Origin: Mytilus trossulus
Taxonomy: Eukaryota
Assembly: GCF_036588685.1 (NCBI RefSeq)
Contig: NC_086373.1
Span: 112,592,001 to 112,656,000, forward strand
Direction: 5' to 3'
Length of the DNA: 64,000 nucleotides
A model generated the notes under the pieces. It was not told the origin of the DNA. It ran no database searches and worked only from the letters and a program-made list of their open reading frames with translations. The position numbers and the translations under genes are program-made. Below are positions 1-12,959 of the stretch, piece by piece (the stretch's first letter is position 1; every line of letters starts with the position of its first letter).

Positions 1-188
1 GACATGAGACGTTCTGGCGTTCAATATTGGACACGTTTTGGCGAATAACATTTATCGGACACGTTTGGGGGTTATGAATTCGGACACGTTTGGGGAATAT
101 TGTACATTTCGGACACGTTTAGGGAGAAAAGACACGTTTGGGGGAATCGGACACGTTTGGGGGGGAGAACACGTTTGGGAGTGTTACA
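1..188. mobile_element. Terminus of a DNA element with subterminal GGACACGTTTGGG repeats, ending ...TGTTACA (Ginger-like TGT...ACA end); truncates the adjacent LINE
   Basis: About 7 copies of (CG)GACACGTTT(GGG) precede TGTTACA at 182-188. LINE RT homology stops abruptly here. The other end lies outside the window, and the family assignment is inference. Confidence 0.45.
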
Positions 189-1870
189 TATATAAAAAAT
201 AACAGCGGACCTAAAATAGAACCTTGAGGCACTCCATACTTTACAAACGATTTATCAGATTTAATGTTAGCGTATTGAACTTCTTGTTGTCTGTCAGACA
301 AATATGATTTTATCCAATCTATTATATATTTTCCGATATGATAAAATTTTAACTTTTCTAAAAGTATGGCATGGTTAATAAGGTCAAAAGCCTTACTGAA
401 ATCTAAAAACACTGTACCAACTATTTCTCCATTATCTAAATATTTTAACCATTCGTCAATTAGTTTAGTTAGCGCTGTTTGGCAGGAATGACCTTGTCTG
501 AAACCTGACTGGGCGATATGTAACAATTTATTATTGTTTAGGAATTCATATAACTGTGTACATACATGTCTTTCGAAAATTTTAGATATGGTATTCAAAA
601 TAGAAATTGGACGATAATTTGAGGGAATATCTCTTGGTCCTCCTTTATGTATAGCAGTTACTCTTGCAAGTTTTAATTTTTGCGGAAAACGATTTGAAGT
701 TATACTTTTGTTTATTAAAAAAGTTAATGATGGGGATATTATTTCTGCACTTAGCTTTAAAAATTTGGGACCAATTCCATCTAAACCTGCGGATTTATTA
801 ATATTAAGATGTTTTAGTTGAGAACACACCTCTCCAACGGAAATGAGTTTTAAATGAAAATTTTCATTTTTCTTTAATTTTTCACAAGTAAAATTTTGTA
901 GCATAGAAAAATCCATATCTGAAGTATTATTTCCAATAATTTTTTCAGCTACGGAAGAAAAATTAACATTAAGAGTATTTACAATATCTTGGTTGTTATA
1001 AACCGTTTGATTTTCATACTGCATTTTAGGTGGGAAAATATTATCCTCTTTTGGATTTAACTCTTTAATATGATTCCAAAGTTCTTTACTATTTTTGGAA
1101 CTAGTTATGGCGTTTTGGTAATATTCCTTTTTTGCATTAAATATTAACGACGTTGTTTTATTACGCCACTTTTTAAAGTTTACCCAATCTTTTTTTGAAT
1201 GATACATATTCCTATATTGAATGGAATTTTTAATTTCTTCATTAAACCATTCGGCTTGTTTAAATGTTTTTACTCTTTTAGTTTTCATTGGTGCATGTTT
1301 GTTAATAACTTGATTAAAAAGTTCATACCATTTGTCGACAGTAATATCAATATCATCTTCCATTTCAACAATATCAAAAGGGGTTTGATGTAAGTCTTAC
1401 AAAAGGCATCTTCATTAAATATTTTGAAACACCTATACTTTATTTCGATATGACTTTCTTTTTTTATCTTTATATTGATTTTTCTATTTAAGCATACAGG
1501 ATAGTGGTCACTTAAAGCATATGACGGAACATGACAATGGACAATATTTTCAGGATTAGTAGTGTAAATATGATCAATTAGAGTTTCAGATTTGTCACAA
1601 ATACGTGTTGCAGTGCAAATTTGTTGTTAAAGATTAAAATTGTTCAAGAAATTGATCCATTTTTTATTCTCAATTTTTATCAAGTCAATATTAATGTCCC
1701 CCATTAAAATTATCTCTTTGTTTTCTGAAAGAGCTGCATTAAATTCTTCCTCAAAAAGATCTATCCAGGACTGAGGGGAATTTGGTGGTCTATAAATAGT
1801 ACAAATGAAGAAAGGTTTAGATTTTAGAAATTCTACCTCTAACCATAAAGTTTCATAAAGTATATGCATT
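189..1870 (-). mobile_element. Decayed non-LTR retrotransposon (CR1/L2 group) ORF2: APE endonuclease C-terminus plus reverse transcriptase N-terminal half
   Basis: ORF 1627-1869 has IYRPPN and ILMGDINID. The 1380-1626 segment reads LIDHIY...SDHYP. ORF 119-1363 has KSAGLDGI, NYRPISIL, QSGFRQGHSC, FLDFSKAFD and GVPQGSILGPLLF. It is interrupted by a stop and a frameshift and cut before YADD. Confidence 0.92.
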
Positions 1871-2169
1871 AGCTAGCACGACGATTAAACGTATAGAAAA
1901 CACAACGGATTTATTAGGATTCTTCGACACCTCATTCCTTGAAACTGGCACTTAATGGTTTTGTATTTCTTAGCGTTTCTTTTGTCGTGAAATTTATTTT
2001 CTTTTTCTTATACAGCATATCTCTCTTTCAGATGACTCGTTCTAGATCTCTGGATATCCATGATAGAATTCCTTGGTTCTTGCCTGTTTGTGCGGGATAT
2101 TCAAATTGAAGCTTTTTTCTGAATTTTTTCTTTGTGCACTATTCATATGTCGTTGATGTTACTGTTGCC

Positions 2170-2740
2170 GGTTGTCAATATCAACGCTAATTCATGTCAA
2201 CACAGAAGTGCTGACTACTGGACTGGTGATACCCTTGGGGAATAAAAACTTCATCAGCAGTAGCATCAACCCAGTGGTTGTAAATATACTCATCATAGAT
2301 ACCAGGATGGAAATAATGAATTTGCACCAGTCGCTCGTCTCGTCTATAGTAGATTTATCAGTGACGCTGGAATAAAAATTTAAAAAAGACAAAAAGGCTG
2401 AATGAAGTTCGAAGATGAAGAGCATTGAGGACCAGAAAATTCCAAACGTTTTCTTAGATACAGCTATGTAATCTATTCCGGATGTAGAAAAGCCTTATTT
2501 AAAAAAAAAAAATTTATAATTATGACCATATCAATGATAAGTTATATAAACACAGAATTGCTGACTACTGAGCTGGTGCTACACTCGGGGAATAAAAACT
2601 TCAACAGTGGTGGCATCGACCCAGAGGTTGTAAATATACTCTTCATAGATACCAAATTGAAATTTTAAATTTGCGCCAGACGCGCATTTCGTCTACAGAA
2701 GACTAATCAGTGCCGCTCGAATTAAAAAAAAGGCCAAATA
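2170..2740 (+). repeat. Two tandem copies of an interspersed repeat (CACAGAAGTGCTGACTACTG...GATACCAGG...TTTCGTCTAC...CAGTGACGCT)
   Basis: 2200-2400 aligns by eye with 2550-2740. A further partial copy lies at about 60700-60845. Confidence 0.7.
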
Positions 2741-2748
2741 TAGAACAC

Positions 2749-3804
2749 ATATGTGACCCGCTATGACATTTCCAGGCTTATTGAGGTAGAACGTCATTGT
2801 TAGAAAAATTATCAACATGATAAATATCGAGATTCTATGAAATACGTATTTGTGAAGAAGAGATAAACACTTTCCTTGGCTTCTTTTTTGCGGACGTCGA
2901 ACTATACATCATTGAAGAAGTTTTACTTTTTCGTTGGAAGTGAAAAATATTTGAATCTACATTTTAAATTTATACAAAAAAATTCAAAATTCTCTGCTCT
3001 TTAGATTTTCTTTCATAAAGGGAGTCTGAAATATATCTATAACACATGCACCGTATCAAATGCATGTAAGAGAACACCTGCTTATAAACTGTTACGCGTC
3101 GCATACTATGTATAGAGACATGCATAATAATTCTAAATCAAAAGAAGGAATTCTTAAAGCATACTATGACAAATTTTAAACTAACTTCATTTCAACAAGT
3201 TTAAATTAAATGTTCTACAATAGAGCTACACAAAAAAAAACCCCAACAAAAAGCTCTGCTCTATAGATTTTCTTTCGTAAATGAAGTCTTTAATATATCC
3301 ATAATAAATGCACCGTATCAAATGCATATATGAGAACACCAAGACTTATAAACTGTTAAGCGTCGCATAATATATTTAGAGACATGCATGATAAATTTAA
3401 ATTAAAAGACAAATTAAAAAAAAAATGAAATTCTTAAAGCTTACTTTGACAAATTTTAAATTAACTGGTTAACTGAACATTACTAAGAGCCAAGAAATAC
3501 AACAATTTTGTATTTTATATATTAGTGCTTTCAATAAATAAATAAAAGTCGTCATAGAACAGTCTAATTTTCATACCGATATTCGAAATGACTCGTTTTA
3601 TTGCTATTAGAACAAATATGTCATAATTAATATTACAGAGAGTTTTGTTTTGGAATATTATATAGATAAATATACAAAAAGCAAGTTTTAAACAATGTAC
3701 CCTCCTAAGCCTGGAAGTGGCTAGTCACATATATTTAACGGTGTTTTTTCTCACAATGACGTTCTACTACCATAAGCCTGGATATGTCGTGGCTGGTCAC
3801 ATAT
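2749..3804. mobile_element. Non-autonomous TIR element (MITE-like), ATATGTGAC...GTCACATAT ends, about 60-bp imperfect TIRs
   Basis: 2749-2810 is the approximate reverse complement of 3745-3804. There is an internal direct repeat of about 260 bp (2993-3190 vs 3254-3465). Confidence 0.75.
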
Positions 3805-3854
3805 TAGTTTGATTCTGAGTTTGACTGTCCCTTTGGTATCTTTCTTCCCTCTTT

Positions 3855-5625
3855 TAGTCTTAAAGTAAAAAGCTTTCAATTTATAACACATCTTAGCACA
3901 AAATCAAAAAAACCTTTCAATCTAAAACACATCTAGGTCTTAAAATAAAAGGCGTTCGATTTATACAAATACTAGTAGGTCTTACGATAAAAGGTGTTCA
4001 ATTTATAATATATCTATATTTTACAATAGAAGGCGTTGAATATATAATAGAATATTAATCCTTAAAGTAAAAGGTGTTCAATCTAAAACACAGATAGACC
4101 TTAAGTAAAAGGCGTTCCAACTATAACACATCTGGGTCTTAAAGCAAAATGCCTCCAATCTTTACCACATCTTAGTTTAAAACTTTAAAGCGTACAATAT
4201 ATAACTGAAAACACTTTACAATCTATAACACTTCCTCGTCATAAAGTCGAAGGGGTTCAAACTATATCATATCTAGTTCTTAAAGTTAACGGCGTTCAAT
4301 CTATAAAACATCTAGATCTTAAAGTTAACGGCATTCAATCTATAAAACATCTAGAAAAAGGCCAGCAATCTATTATATATGTAAGTCTGACATTGTAAGG
4401 TGTTCAATAAATCACACATCTAGATCTTAAAGTAAAAGGTGTTTCATTTATAACATATCTTCAGGTTAAAAGGAGAAGGTATTAATCTATAAAACATGTT
4501 ATTCTAAAAGTAAAAGGTGTCGAATCTATAAGACATCTAGGTCTTTAAGTAAAAGATGTTTAAGCTAAAGCATATATTTGTCTGTTAGTAAAAGGCGTTC
4601 CTTCTATAACACAACTTAGCTTTGAAGTAATAGGATTTCCATTTGTAATACACCTTAGTCATAAGGTAAAAGTTGTACCATCTATTTATTATCTTAGTCT
4701 TAAAGTATAACGTGTTCTTTCTATAAAACCATTAAGGTCTTAAAGTAAAAGGCGTTCAATTGATAACACATCTTAGTCTTACAGTTATAGGTGTTCAATC
4801 TATACCACATCTAGGTCTTAAGTAAAAGTTGTTCAATCTATATCAAATCTTAGTTTTAAAGGAAAAGGCGTTCAATCTATAACACATGCCAGATCTTAAA
4901 GTCGCAGTTGTTCAATCTATAAAACGTCTTAGTCTTAAGGTAAAAGGCGTTCAATCTATAACATATCTTATTCTTAAAGTAAAAGGCGTTCAATCTATAA
5001 CATATGTCAGATCTTAAAGTTAAATTTGTTAAATCTAGAAAACGTCTTAGTCTTAAAGTAAAAGGCATTCAATCTATAACATATCTTATTCTTAAAGTAA
5101 AAGGCGTTCAATCTATAACATATGTCAGATCTTAAAGTTTAAGTTGTTCAATCTATAAACAACCCTAACCCTAACCCTAACTCTAACCCTAACCCTAACC
5201 CTAACCCTAACCCAAACCCTAACCCTAACCCTAACCCTAACCCTAACCCTAACCTCTATAAGACGTCTTAGTCTTAAAGTAAAAGGCGTTCAATCTGTAA
5301 CATATGTCAGATCTTAAAGTTAAAGTTGTTCAATATATTAGACGTCTCAGTCTTAAAGTAAATGGCATTCAATCTATAACATAAGTCAGATCTTAAAGTT
5401 AAAGTTGTTCAATCTATAAGACGTCTTAGTTATAAAGTAAATGGCATTCAATCTATAACATATCTTAAACTTGAAGTAAATAGGGTTCAACTTAGATCAT
5501 ACCTATGTCTTAGAATAAAAGGTGTTCATTCTTTACCACATCGTTGTTCTAATGTGAAAGGCGTTTAATCTATATGGTATATATGTCTTGAAGTAATAGT
5601 CGAAAATAGCATTATCTAGGTCTTA
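3855..5625 (+). repeat. Diverged satellite of about 39 bp (TCTTAAAGTAAAAGGCGTTCAATCTATAACACATCTTAG)
   Basis: Periodic motif throughout, most homogeneous at about 4740-5470. Confidence 0.9.
5159..5254 (-). repeat. Interstitial telomeric sequence (CCCTAA)n / (TTAGGG)n, 96 bp
   Basis: About 15-16 CCCTAA units with 2 variant units, flanked by a direct TCTATAA repeat (5152-5158 and 5255-5261). Confidence 0.95.
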
Positions 5626-6449
5626 TGATGATTTTAATATCTATGGAAGAAAGGCAGATTTAGCGACATTGTATCACGCAGTTTTTTATGTTGATTTTTT
5701 TAATATAGATTAAACTTAAGAAATGTAAATTCGAAATTTACATAATTTTATTCATTTTTTATATCCATATGAAGACAAAGATAATGATTTTTTTCACACG
5801 TTCGTTCACATATTTATATACATAAATAGAGCACAGAATTAAATACTCTGTGAAAATATAATCATAAAAAGATCGTCAAAAGTAGGTAGAGTTTAAAAGG
5901 TTCAAAAGAGCTTTTTCTTCTAAATTGCACATTAGATAACCATCATGTAAAAACACTTCTAACAGTGACAAAACTAGATATAATTTCTAGACAGGGTATG
6001 AATACAGTAGGTTAAAAACTGATTTCCTCATCCTTAAGATTCGATCTTATAGTTTTTCTTATAAAACTCTTTTGTGGTTAAAAAGCTTGTATGTTTTATA
6101 ATCCAATTAACTGATAAATGTAATAAAACAAAACAGAACACAAGGAATGACTGTAATATTGTGTTTGTCTTTGAAGAATAACAATACAAAATGCGGTGCA
6201 CGCTGAATAACCGCGTACCGAGTTTTAAAGTAAAAGATGTTCAATCTATAAAATACATTAGTCATAAGGTTACAAGTGTTCCAGTCATTACACATAACAT
6301 CTATCACATAGCTTAGCGTAAACATAAATGCAGTCTATAAAAGGCTCCGTGTTGAAGGCTGTTCATAGACCTGTAATGGTTTACTTTTATAATTGTTATT
6401 TGGATGGAAAGTTGTCTCATTGGCAATCACACCACATCTTCCTATATCT

Positions 6450-8400
6450 ATCTATAACACATTTTAGTCTTAAAGTAAAACACATTCAATATATTACACA
6501 TCTAAGTCTTAAAGTAAAAGGTGTTCAATTTATAACATATCTTAGTCTTAGAGTAAAATGTGTTCCATCTATAAAATATTAGTCATGCGGTAAAAGGTAT
6601 TCCATCCATAACACATCTTAGTCTTTAAGGAAAAAGGTTTTCAATCTAGCGTTCAATATAAAACATATCTAGGTCTTAAAGTTAACGGCATTCAATCTAT
6701 AAAACATCTAGATCTGAAAGTGTAAGGTGTTCAATATAGAACACATCTAGATCTTAAAGTAAAAGGTGTTTCATTTATAACACATCTTCGGGTTAAAAGT
6801 AGAAGGTGTCGAATCTATAAGACATCAAGGTCTTAAAGTAAAAGGCGTTTAAGCTAAATCATATATTTCTCTGTAAGTAAAAGGCGTTCCATCTATAACA
6901 CAACTTAGCTTTGAAATAACAGGATTTCCATTTGTAATACACCTTTGTCATGAGGTAAACGTTGTTCGATCTATTTATTATCTTAGTCTTATAGTATAAT
7001 GTGTTCAATCTATAAAACTTTTTAGGTCTTAAAGTAAAAGGCGTTCAATTGATAACACATCTTAGTCTTACAGTTAAAGGTGTTCAATCTATACCACATC
7101 AAGGTCTTAAGTAAAAGTTGTTCAATCTATAACACATCTTAGTTTTTAAGCAAAATACGTTCAATCTATAACACATGTCAGATCTTAAAGTTAAAGTTGT
7201 TCAATCTATAAAACGTCTTAGTCTTAAGGTAAAAGGCGTTCAATCTATAACATATCTTATTCTTAAAGTAAAAGGCGTTCAATCTATAACATATCTCAGA
7301 TCTTAAAGTTAAAGTTGTTCAATCTATAAAACGTCTTAGTCTTAAGGATGTATTCTTCTGAGTTTTCAGTCTCGTTCAGTCTCGTTGAAATCTCGTTCTT
7401 AAAATATTTCCAAAACATATGATAGAAGTGGAAAATATCAATGAATTTTAAAAATATTATAATCAAACATAACTCTGTGAAAAAATTGTGTATTTACCAT
7501 GAACGGTTTTTGAATAATCCAGTTTTCAAATTTTACAACCATTCAAGTCAGTATTTTTAGTCAAAATTTTGAGAAAATGGGTGAGGGATACAAAAAATGA
7601 TTTTACAAGAATAATATACATCCCATCTCATTTTGGTCTATTCAAATTTCTTAGATATATATTTTTTCAATCATTTATAACAAAAAAGTTGAATTAATAT
7701 GCATTTTGTTCTTTAAAATGAGAAAAATCATAAAAATACAAAATTGGCAGTATGGTAAATTTAACACAAAAAAGCATCATAATATGATAAAACTTTCTTA
7801 TATTAACACCTACCTATAGTTTTTGTAAGTTAAATTTATTCAGATTGGTCCACTTCATCTTTATGGAAAGTATGAAAAAAAGTTTAATTGTGGAACTGTG
7901 ATTTTTTTCACGATAATAGCCCAAAAATAGGTAAAAATCGATGAAAAGTGAGAAAATCATCAAAATTGGGCATTTTCAAAGGGCCGTAGCAAAAAAAGAA
8001 GCACACCACCATATGATTTTTTCTTCACCAATTGTTTTGTTACAGTCTTATAAACCTAAAAATCAGGTTAAGAAAAAAAGTTTAATTCTAGAAATTTTTG
8101 GCTCCTCAGAGGTGTACATCCTTAAAGTAAAAGGCATTCAATCTATAACATATCTTATTCTTAACGTGAAAGGTGTTCAATTGATAACATATCTTATTCC
8201 TAACGTAAAAGGTGATCAATTTATAACACTTCTTAAACTTGAAGTAAATACGGTTCAACTTAGATCATACCTACGTCTTAGAATATAAAAGGTGTTTACT
8301 CTATACAACAAAGTTGTTCTAATGTGAAAGGCGTTTAATCTAAATGGTATATATGTTTTGAAGTAAAAGTCGAAAATGGCATTATATGGGTCTTAAAATT
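6450..8400 (+). repeat. Second block of the ~39-bp satellite, interrupted by a MITE at 7346-8121
   Basis: Same motif as 3855-5625. 6650-7340 is collinear with 4290-5060. Confidence 0.85.
7346..8121. mobile_element. Non-autonomous Kolobok-like DNA transposon, 776 bp
   Basis: TTAA on both sides (7342-7345, 8122-8125). Ends are GGATGTATTCTTCTGAG / CTCAGAGGTGTACATCC. Excision restores the satellite unit GTCTTAAAGTAAAAGG. A TTAA TSD with purine-start termini fits Kolobok rather than piggyBac. Confidence 0.8.
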
Positions 8401-8772
8401 AAAGGAGTTGGTTAAAATGATTTAAATATCTATGGAAGAAAGGCAGATTTAGCAGCATTGTATCACGCAATTGTTTTAAGTTGATTTTTATTTAATTATA
8501 TTAAAAGAAAGAATTGTAAATTCGAAATTTACATAATTTTATTCATTTTTATGTCCATATGAAGGCAAATATAATGATTTTTTTTAAATGTTCGTTCACA
8601 TATTTATATACATAAATAGAGCACAGAATTAAATACTCTGTGAAAATATAATCATAAAAAGATCGTAAAAAAAATAGGTAGAGTGTAAAAGGTTCAAAGG
8701 CTTTTTTTCTACATTGTACATTAGATAGCCATCATATAAAACACACTTCTAACTATGACAAACCTAGATCTA

Positions 8773-11700
8773 ATTTCTATACAGGGTATGGATACAGTAG
8801 GTTAAAAACTGATTTCTAGACAGGGTATGGATACAGTAGGTTAAAAACTGATTTCTAGACAGGGTATGAATACAGTAGGTTAAAAACTTATTTCTAGACA
8901 GGGTATGAATACAGAAGGTTAAAAACTGATTTCTAGACAGGGTATGGATACAGTAGGTTAAAAACTGATTTCTAGACAGGGTATGAATACAGTAGGTTAA
9001 AAACTTATTTCTAGACAGGGTATGAATACAGAAGGTTAAAAACTGATTTCTAGACAGGGTATGTATACATGTACAGTAGGTTAAAAACTGATTTCTAGAC
9101 AGGGTATGAATACAAAAGGTTAAAAACTTATTTCTAGACAGGGTATGGATACAGTAGGTTAAAAACTGATTTCTAGACAGGGTATGGATACAGTAGGTTA
9201 AAAACTGATTTCTACACAAGGTATGGATACAGTAGGTTAAAAACTGATTTCTAGACAGGGTATGAATACAGTAGGTTAAAAACTTATTTCTAGACAGGGT
9301 ATGAATACAGAAGGTTAAAAACTGATTTCTAGACAGGGTATGTATACATGTACAGTAGGTTAAAAACTGATTTCTAGACAGGGTATGAATACAAAAGGTT
9401 AAAAACTTATTTCTAGACAGGGTATGGATACAGTAGGTTAAAAACTGATTTCTAGACAGGGTATGGATACAGTAGGTTAAAAACTGATTTCTACACAAGG
9501 TATGGATACAGTAGGTTAAAAACTGATTTCTAGACAGGGTATGGATACAGTAGGTTAAAAACTGATTTCTAGACAGGGTATGGATACAGTAGGTTAAAAA
9601 CTGATTTCTAGACAGGGTATGGATACAGTAGGTTAAAAACTGATTTCTAGACAGGGTATGGACACAGTAGGTTAAAAACTGATTTCTAGACAGGGTATGA
9701 ATACAGTAGGTTAAAAACTGATTTCTAGACAGGGTATGGATACAGTAGGTTAAAAACTGATTTCTAGACAGGGTATGAATACAGTAGGTTAAAAACTGAT
9801 TTCTAGAGAGGGTATGAATACAGTAGGTTAAAAACTGATTTCTAGACAGGGTATGGATACAGTAGGTTAAAAACTGATTTCTAGACAGGGTATGGATACA
9901 GTAGGTTAAAAACTGATTTCTAGACAGGGTATGGATACAGTAGGTTAAAAACTGATTTCTAGACAGGGTATGGATACAGTAGGTTAAAAACTGATTTCTA
10001 GACAGGGTATGGATACAGTAGGTTAAAAACTGATTTCTAGACAGGGTATGGATACAGTAGGTTAAAAACTGATTTCTAGACAGGGTATGAATACAGTAGG
10101 TTAAAAACTTATTTCTAGACAGGGTATGGATACAGAAGGTTAAAAACTGATTTCTAGACAGGGTATGGATACAGTAGGTTAAAAACTGATTTCTAGACAG
10201 GGTATGAATACAGAAGGTTAAAAACTGATTTCTAGACAGGGTATGGATACAGTAGGTTAAAAACTGATTTCTAGACAGGGTATGGATACAGTAGGTTAAA
10301 AACTGATTTCTAGACAGGGTATGAATACAGTAGGTTGATAACTGATTTCTAGACAGGGTATGAATACAGTAGGTTGAAAACTGATTTCTAGACAGGGTAT
10401 GAATACAGTAGGTTGAAAACTGATTTCTATACAGGGTATGAATACAGTAGCTATATAGGTTGATAACTGATTTCTTGACAGGGTATGAATACAGTACGTT
10501 AAAACCTGATTCCTAGACAGGGTATGAATACAGTAGGTTAAAAACTGATTTCTAGACAGGGTATGGATACAGTAGGTTAAAAACTGATTTCTAGACAGGG
10601 TATGAATACAGTAGGTTAAAAACTGATTTCTAGACAGGGTATGGATACAGTAGGTTAAAAACTGATTTCTAGACAGGGTATGGATACAGTAGGTTAAAAA
10701 CTGATTTCTAGACAGGGTATGAATACAGTAGGTTAAAAACTGATTTCTAGACAGGGTATGGATACAGTAGGTTAAAAACTGATTTCTAGACAGGGTATGA
10801 ATACAGTAGGTTAAAAACTGATTTCAAGACAGGGTATGAATACAGTAGGTTAAAAACTGATTTCTAGACAGGGTATGGATACAGTAGGTTAAAAACTGAT
10901 TTCTAGACAGGGTATGAATACAGTAGGTTAAAAACTGATTTCAAGACAGGGTATGAATACAGTAGGTTAAAAACTGATTTCTAGCCAAGGTATGGATACA
11001 GTAGGTTAAAAACTGATTTCTAGACAGGGTATGGATACAGTAGGTTAAAAACTGATTTCTAGAGAGGGTATGGATACAGTAGGTTAAAAACTGATTTCTA
11101 GACAGGGTATGGATACAGTAGGTTAAAAACTGATTTCTAGACAGGGTATGAATACAAAAGGTTAAAAACTGATTTCTAGACAGGGTATGAATACAAAAGG
11201 TTAAAAACTGATTTCTAGACAGGGTATGGATACAGTAGGTTAAAAACTGATTTCAAGACAGGGTATGAATACAGTAGGTTAAAAACTGATTTCTAGACAG
11301 GGTATGGATACAGTAGGTTAAAAACTGATTTCTAGAGAGGGTATGGATACAGTAGGTTAAAAACTGATTTCTAGACAGGGTATGAATACAGTAGGTTAAA
11401 AACTGATTTCTAGACAGGGTATGGATACAGTAGGTTAAAAACTGATTTCTAGAGAGGGTATGGATACAGTAGGTTAAAAACTGATTTCAAGACAGGGTAT
11501 GAATACAGTAGGTTAAAAACTGATTTCTAGCCAAGGTATGGATACAGTAGGTTAAAAACTGATTTCTAGACAGGGTATGGATACAGTTGGTTAAAAACTG
11601 ATTTCAAGACAGGGTATGAATACAGTAGGTTAAAAACTGATTTCTAGCCAAGGTATGGATACAGTAGGTTAAAAACTGATTTCTAGCCAAGGTATGGATA

Positions 11701-11839
11701 CAGTAGGTTAAAAACTGATTTCTAGACAGGGTATGGATACAGTAGGTTAAAAACTGATTTCTAGACAGGGTATGGATACAGTAGGTTAAAAACTGATTTC
11801 TAGACAGGGTATGAATACAGTAGGTTAAAAACTGATTTC
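8773..11839 (+). repeat. 39-bp minisatellite x78 (ATTTCTAGACAGGGTATGGATACAGTAGGTTAAAAACTG)
   Basis: The span between the first and last ATTTC is 3062 bp, which equals 78x39 plus 20 bp of small insertions. Confidence 0.97.
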
Positions 11840-12959
11840 CTTATCCTTAAGATCTTGTCTTATAGTTTTTCTTAATAAAACTCTTTTGTGGTTAAAAAGC
11901 TTGTATGTTTTATAATCCAATTAATTTATAAATGTAAAAAAAAACCCAGAACATAAGGAATGACTGTGTTTGTCTTTGGAGAATAACAATAACAGATGTG
12001 TTGCACGCTGAATAACCGCGTACCGAGTTTAAAGTAAAAAAAATTTAATCTATAAAATACGTTAGTCATAAGGTTACAAGTGTTCCAGTCATTACACATA
12101 ACATCTATCACATAGCTTAGCACGAAACCAGGTTCAACCCACCATTTTCATTCCCCTTTAAAAATGTCTCTATTAGTCCTGTTTCTCTTTTTTTTGAGAT
12201 ATTAAGATAAGACCTGGCACGGCACTTGTCTATCCCAAATTCATGTGTTTGGTTTTGATGTTATATTTGTTATTCTCGTGGTATTTTGTCTGATGCTTGG
12301 TCCGTTTCTGTGTGTGTTGCGTTTCGGTGTTGTGTCGTTGTTCTCCTCTTATATTTAATGCGTTTCCCTCGGTTTTAATTTGTTACCCCGATTTTGTTTT
12401 TTGTCCATGGATTTATGAGTTTTGAACAGCGGTATACTACTGTCGCCTTTATTTAGCGTAAAAATAAAAAGAAATGCAGTATATAAAAGGCTCCGCGTTG
12501 AAGACCGTACATTTAACTTTAATGTTTTACTTTTAAAAATTGTTATTTGAATGGAAAAATATCGAGAGAATGTTAATTCATTCTCAAGACTGGTATTTTC
12601 GCAAATACCCCCAGGAACATGATATATCTGTTTAATTACACCGAATTTTAATGTTCAAAAACGCATTGATGATCCTGACGTTACAAGGTCCAGTCGGAAA
12701 GAGTATTTTGTGGCAAATACCACGACAGAGAGGGTAAAAAGGCATATCCTTTTTGCAAATACCCCGGCGGCGTTAAAAATGAACGATATTCATTTGAAAA
12801 CAGTAAATTGGTAAAAAATACGCTTGCTATCAACTTATTAAAATCCAGGATTCTTACATAAGGTGTAATTACATCCATAACATGCGAAAGAATGAATTTC
12901 CCTCGCCTTACCGCTCAGGAAATTTTACTTTCTCTCGACTGGTATTTTTTGCAAATACC

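Noticed and set aside
5159-5254. True chromosome end or telomere fusion site
   Set aside because: The tract is short, has a single orientation, and the satellite continues in register on both sides.
8770-9498. 242-aa repeat ORF, and similar ORFs at 28733-29848, 30194-30777, 33049-33850, 57137-58461 and 62416-63111
   Set aside because: These are translations of minisatellites with no coding evidence.
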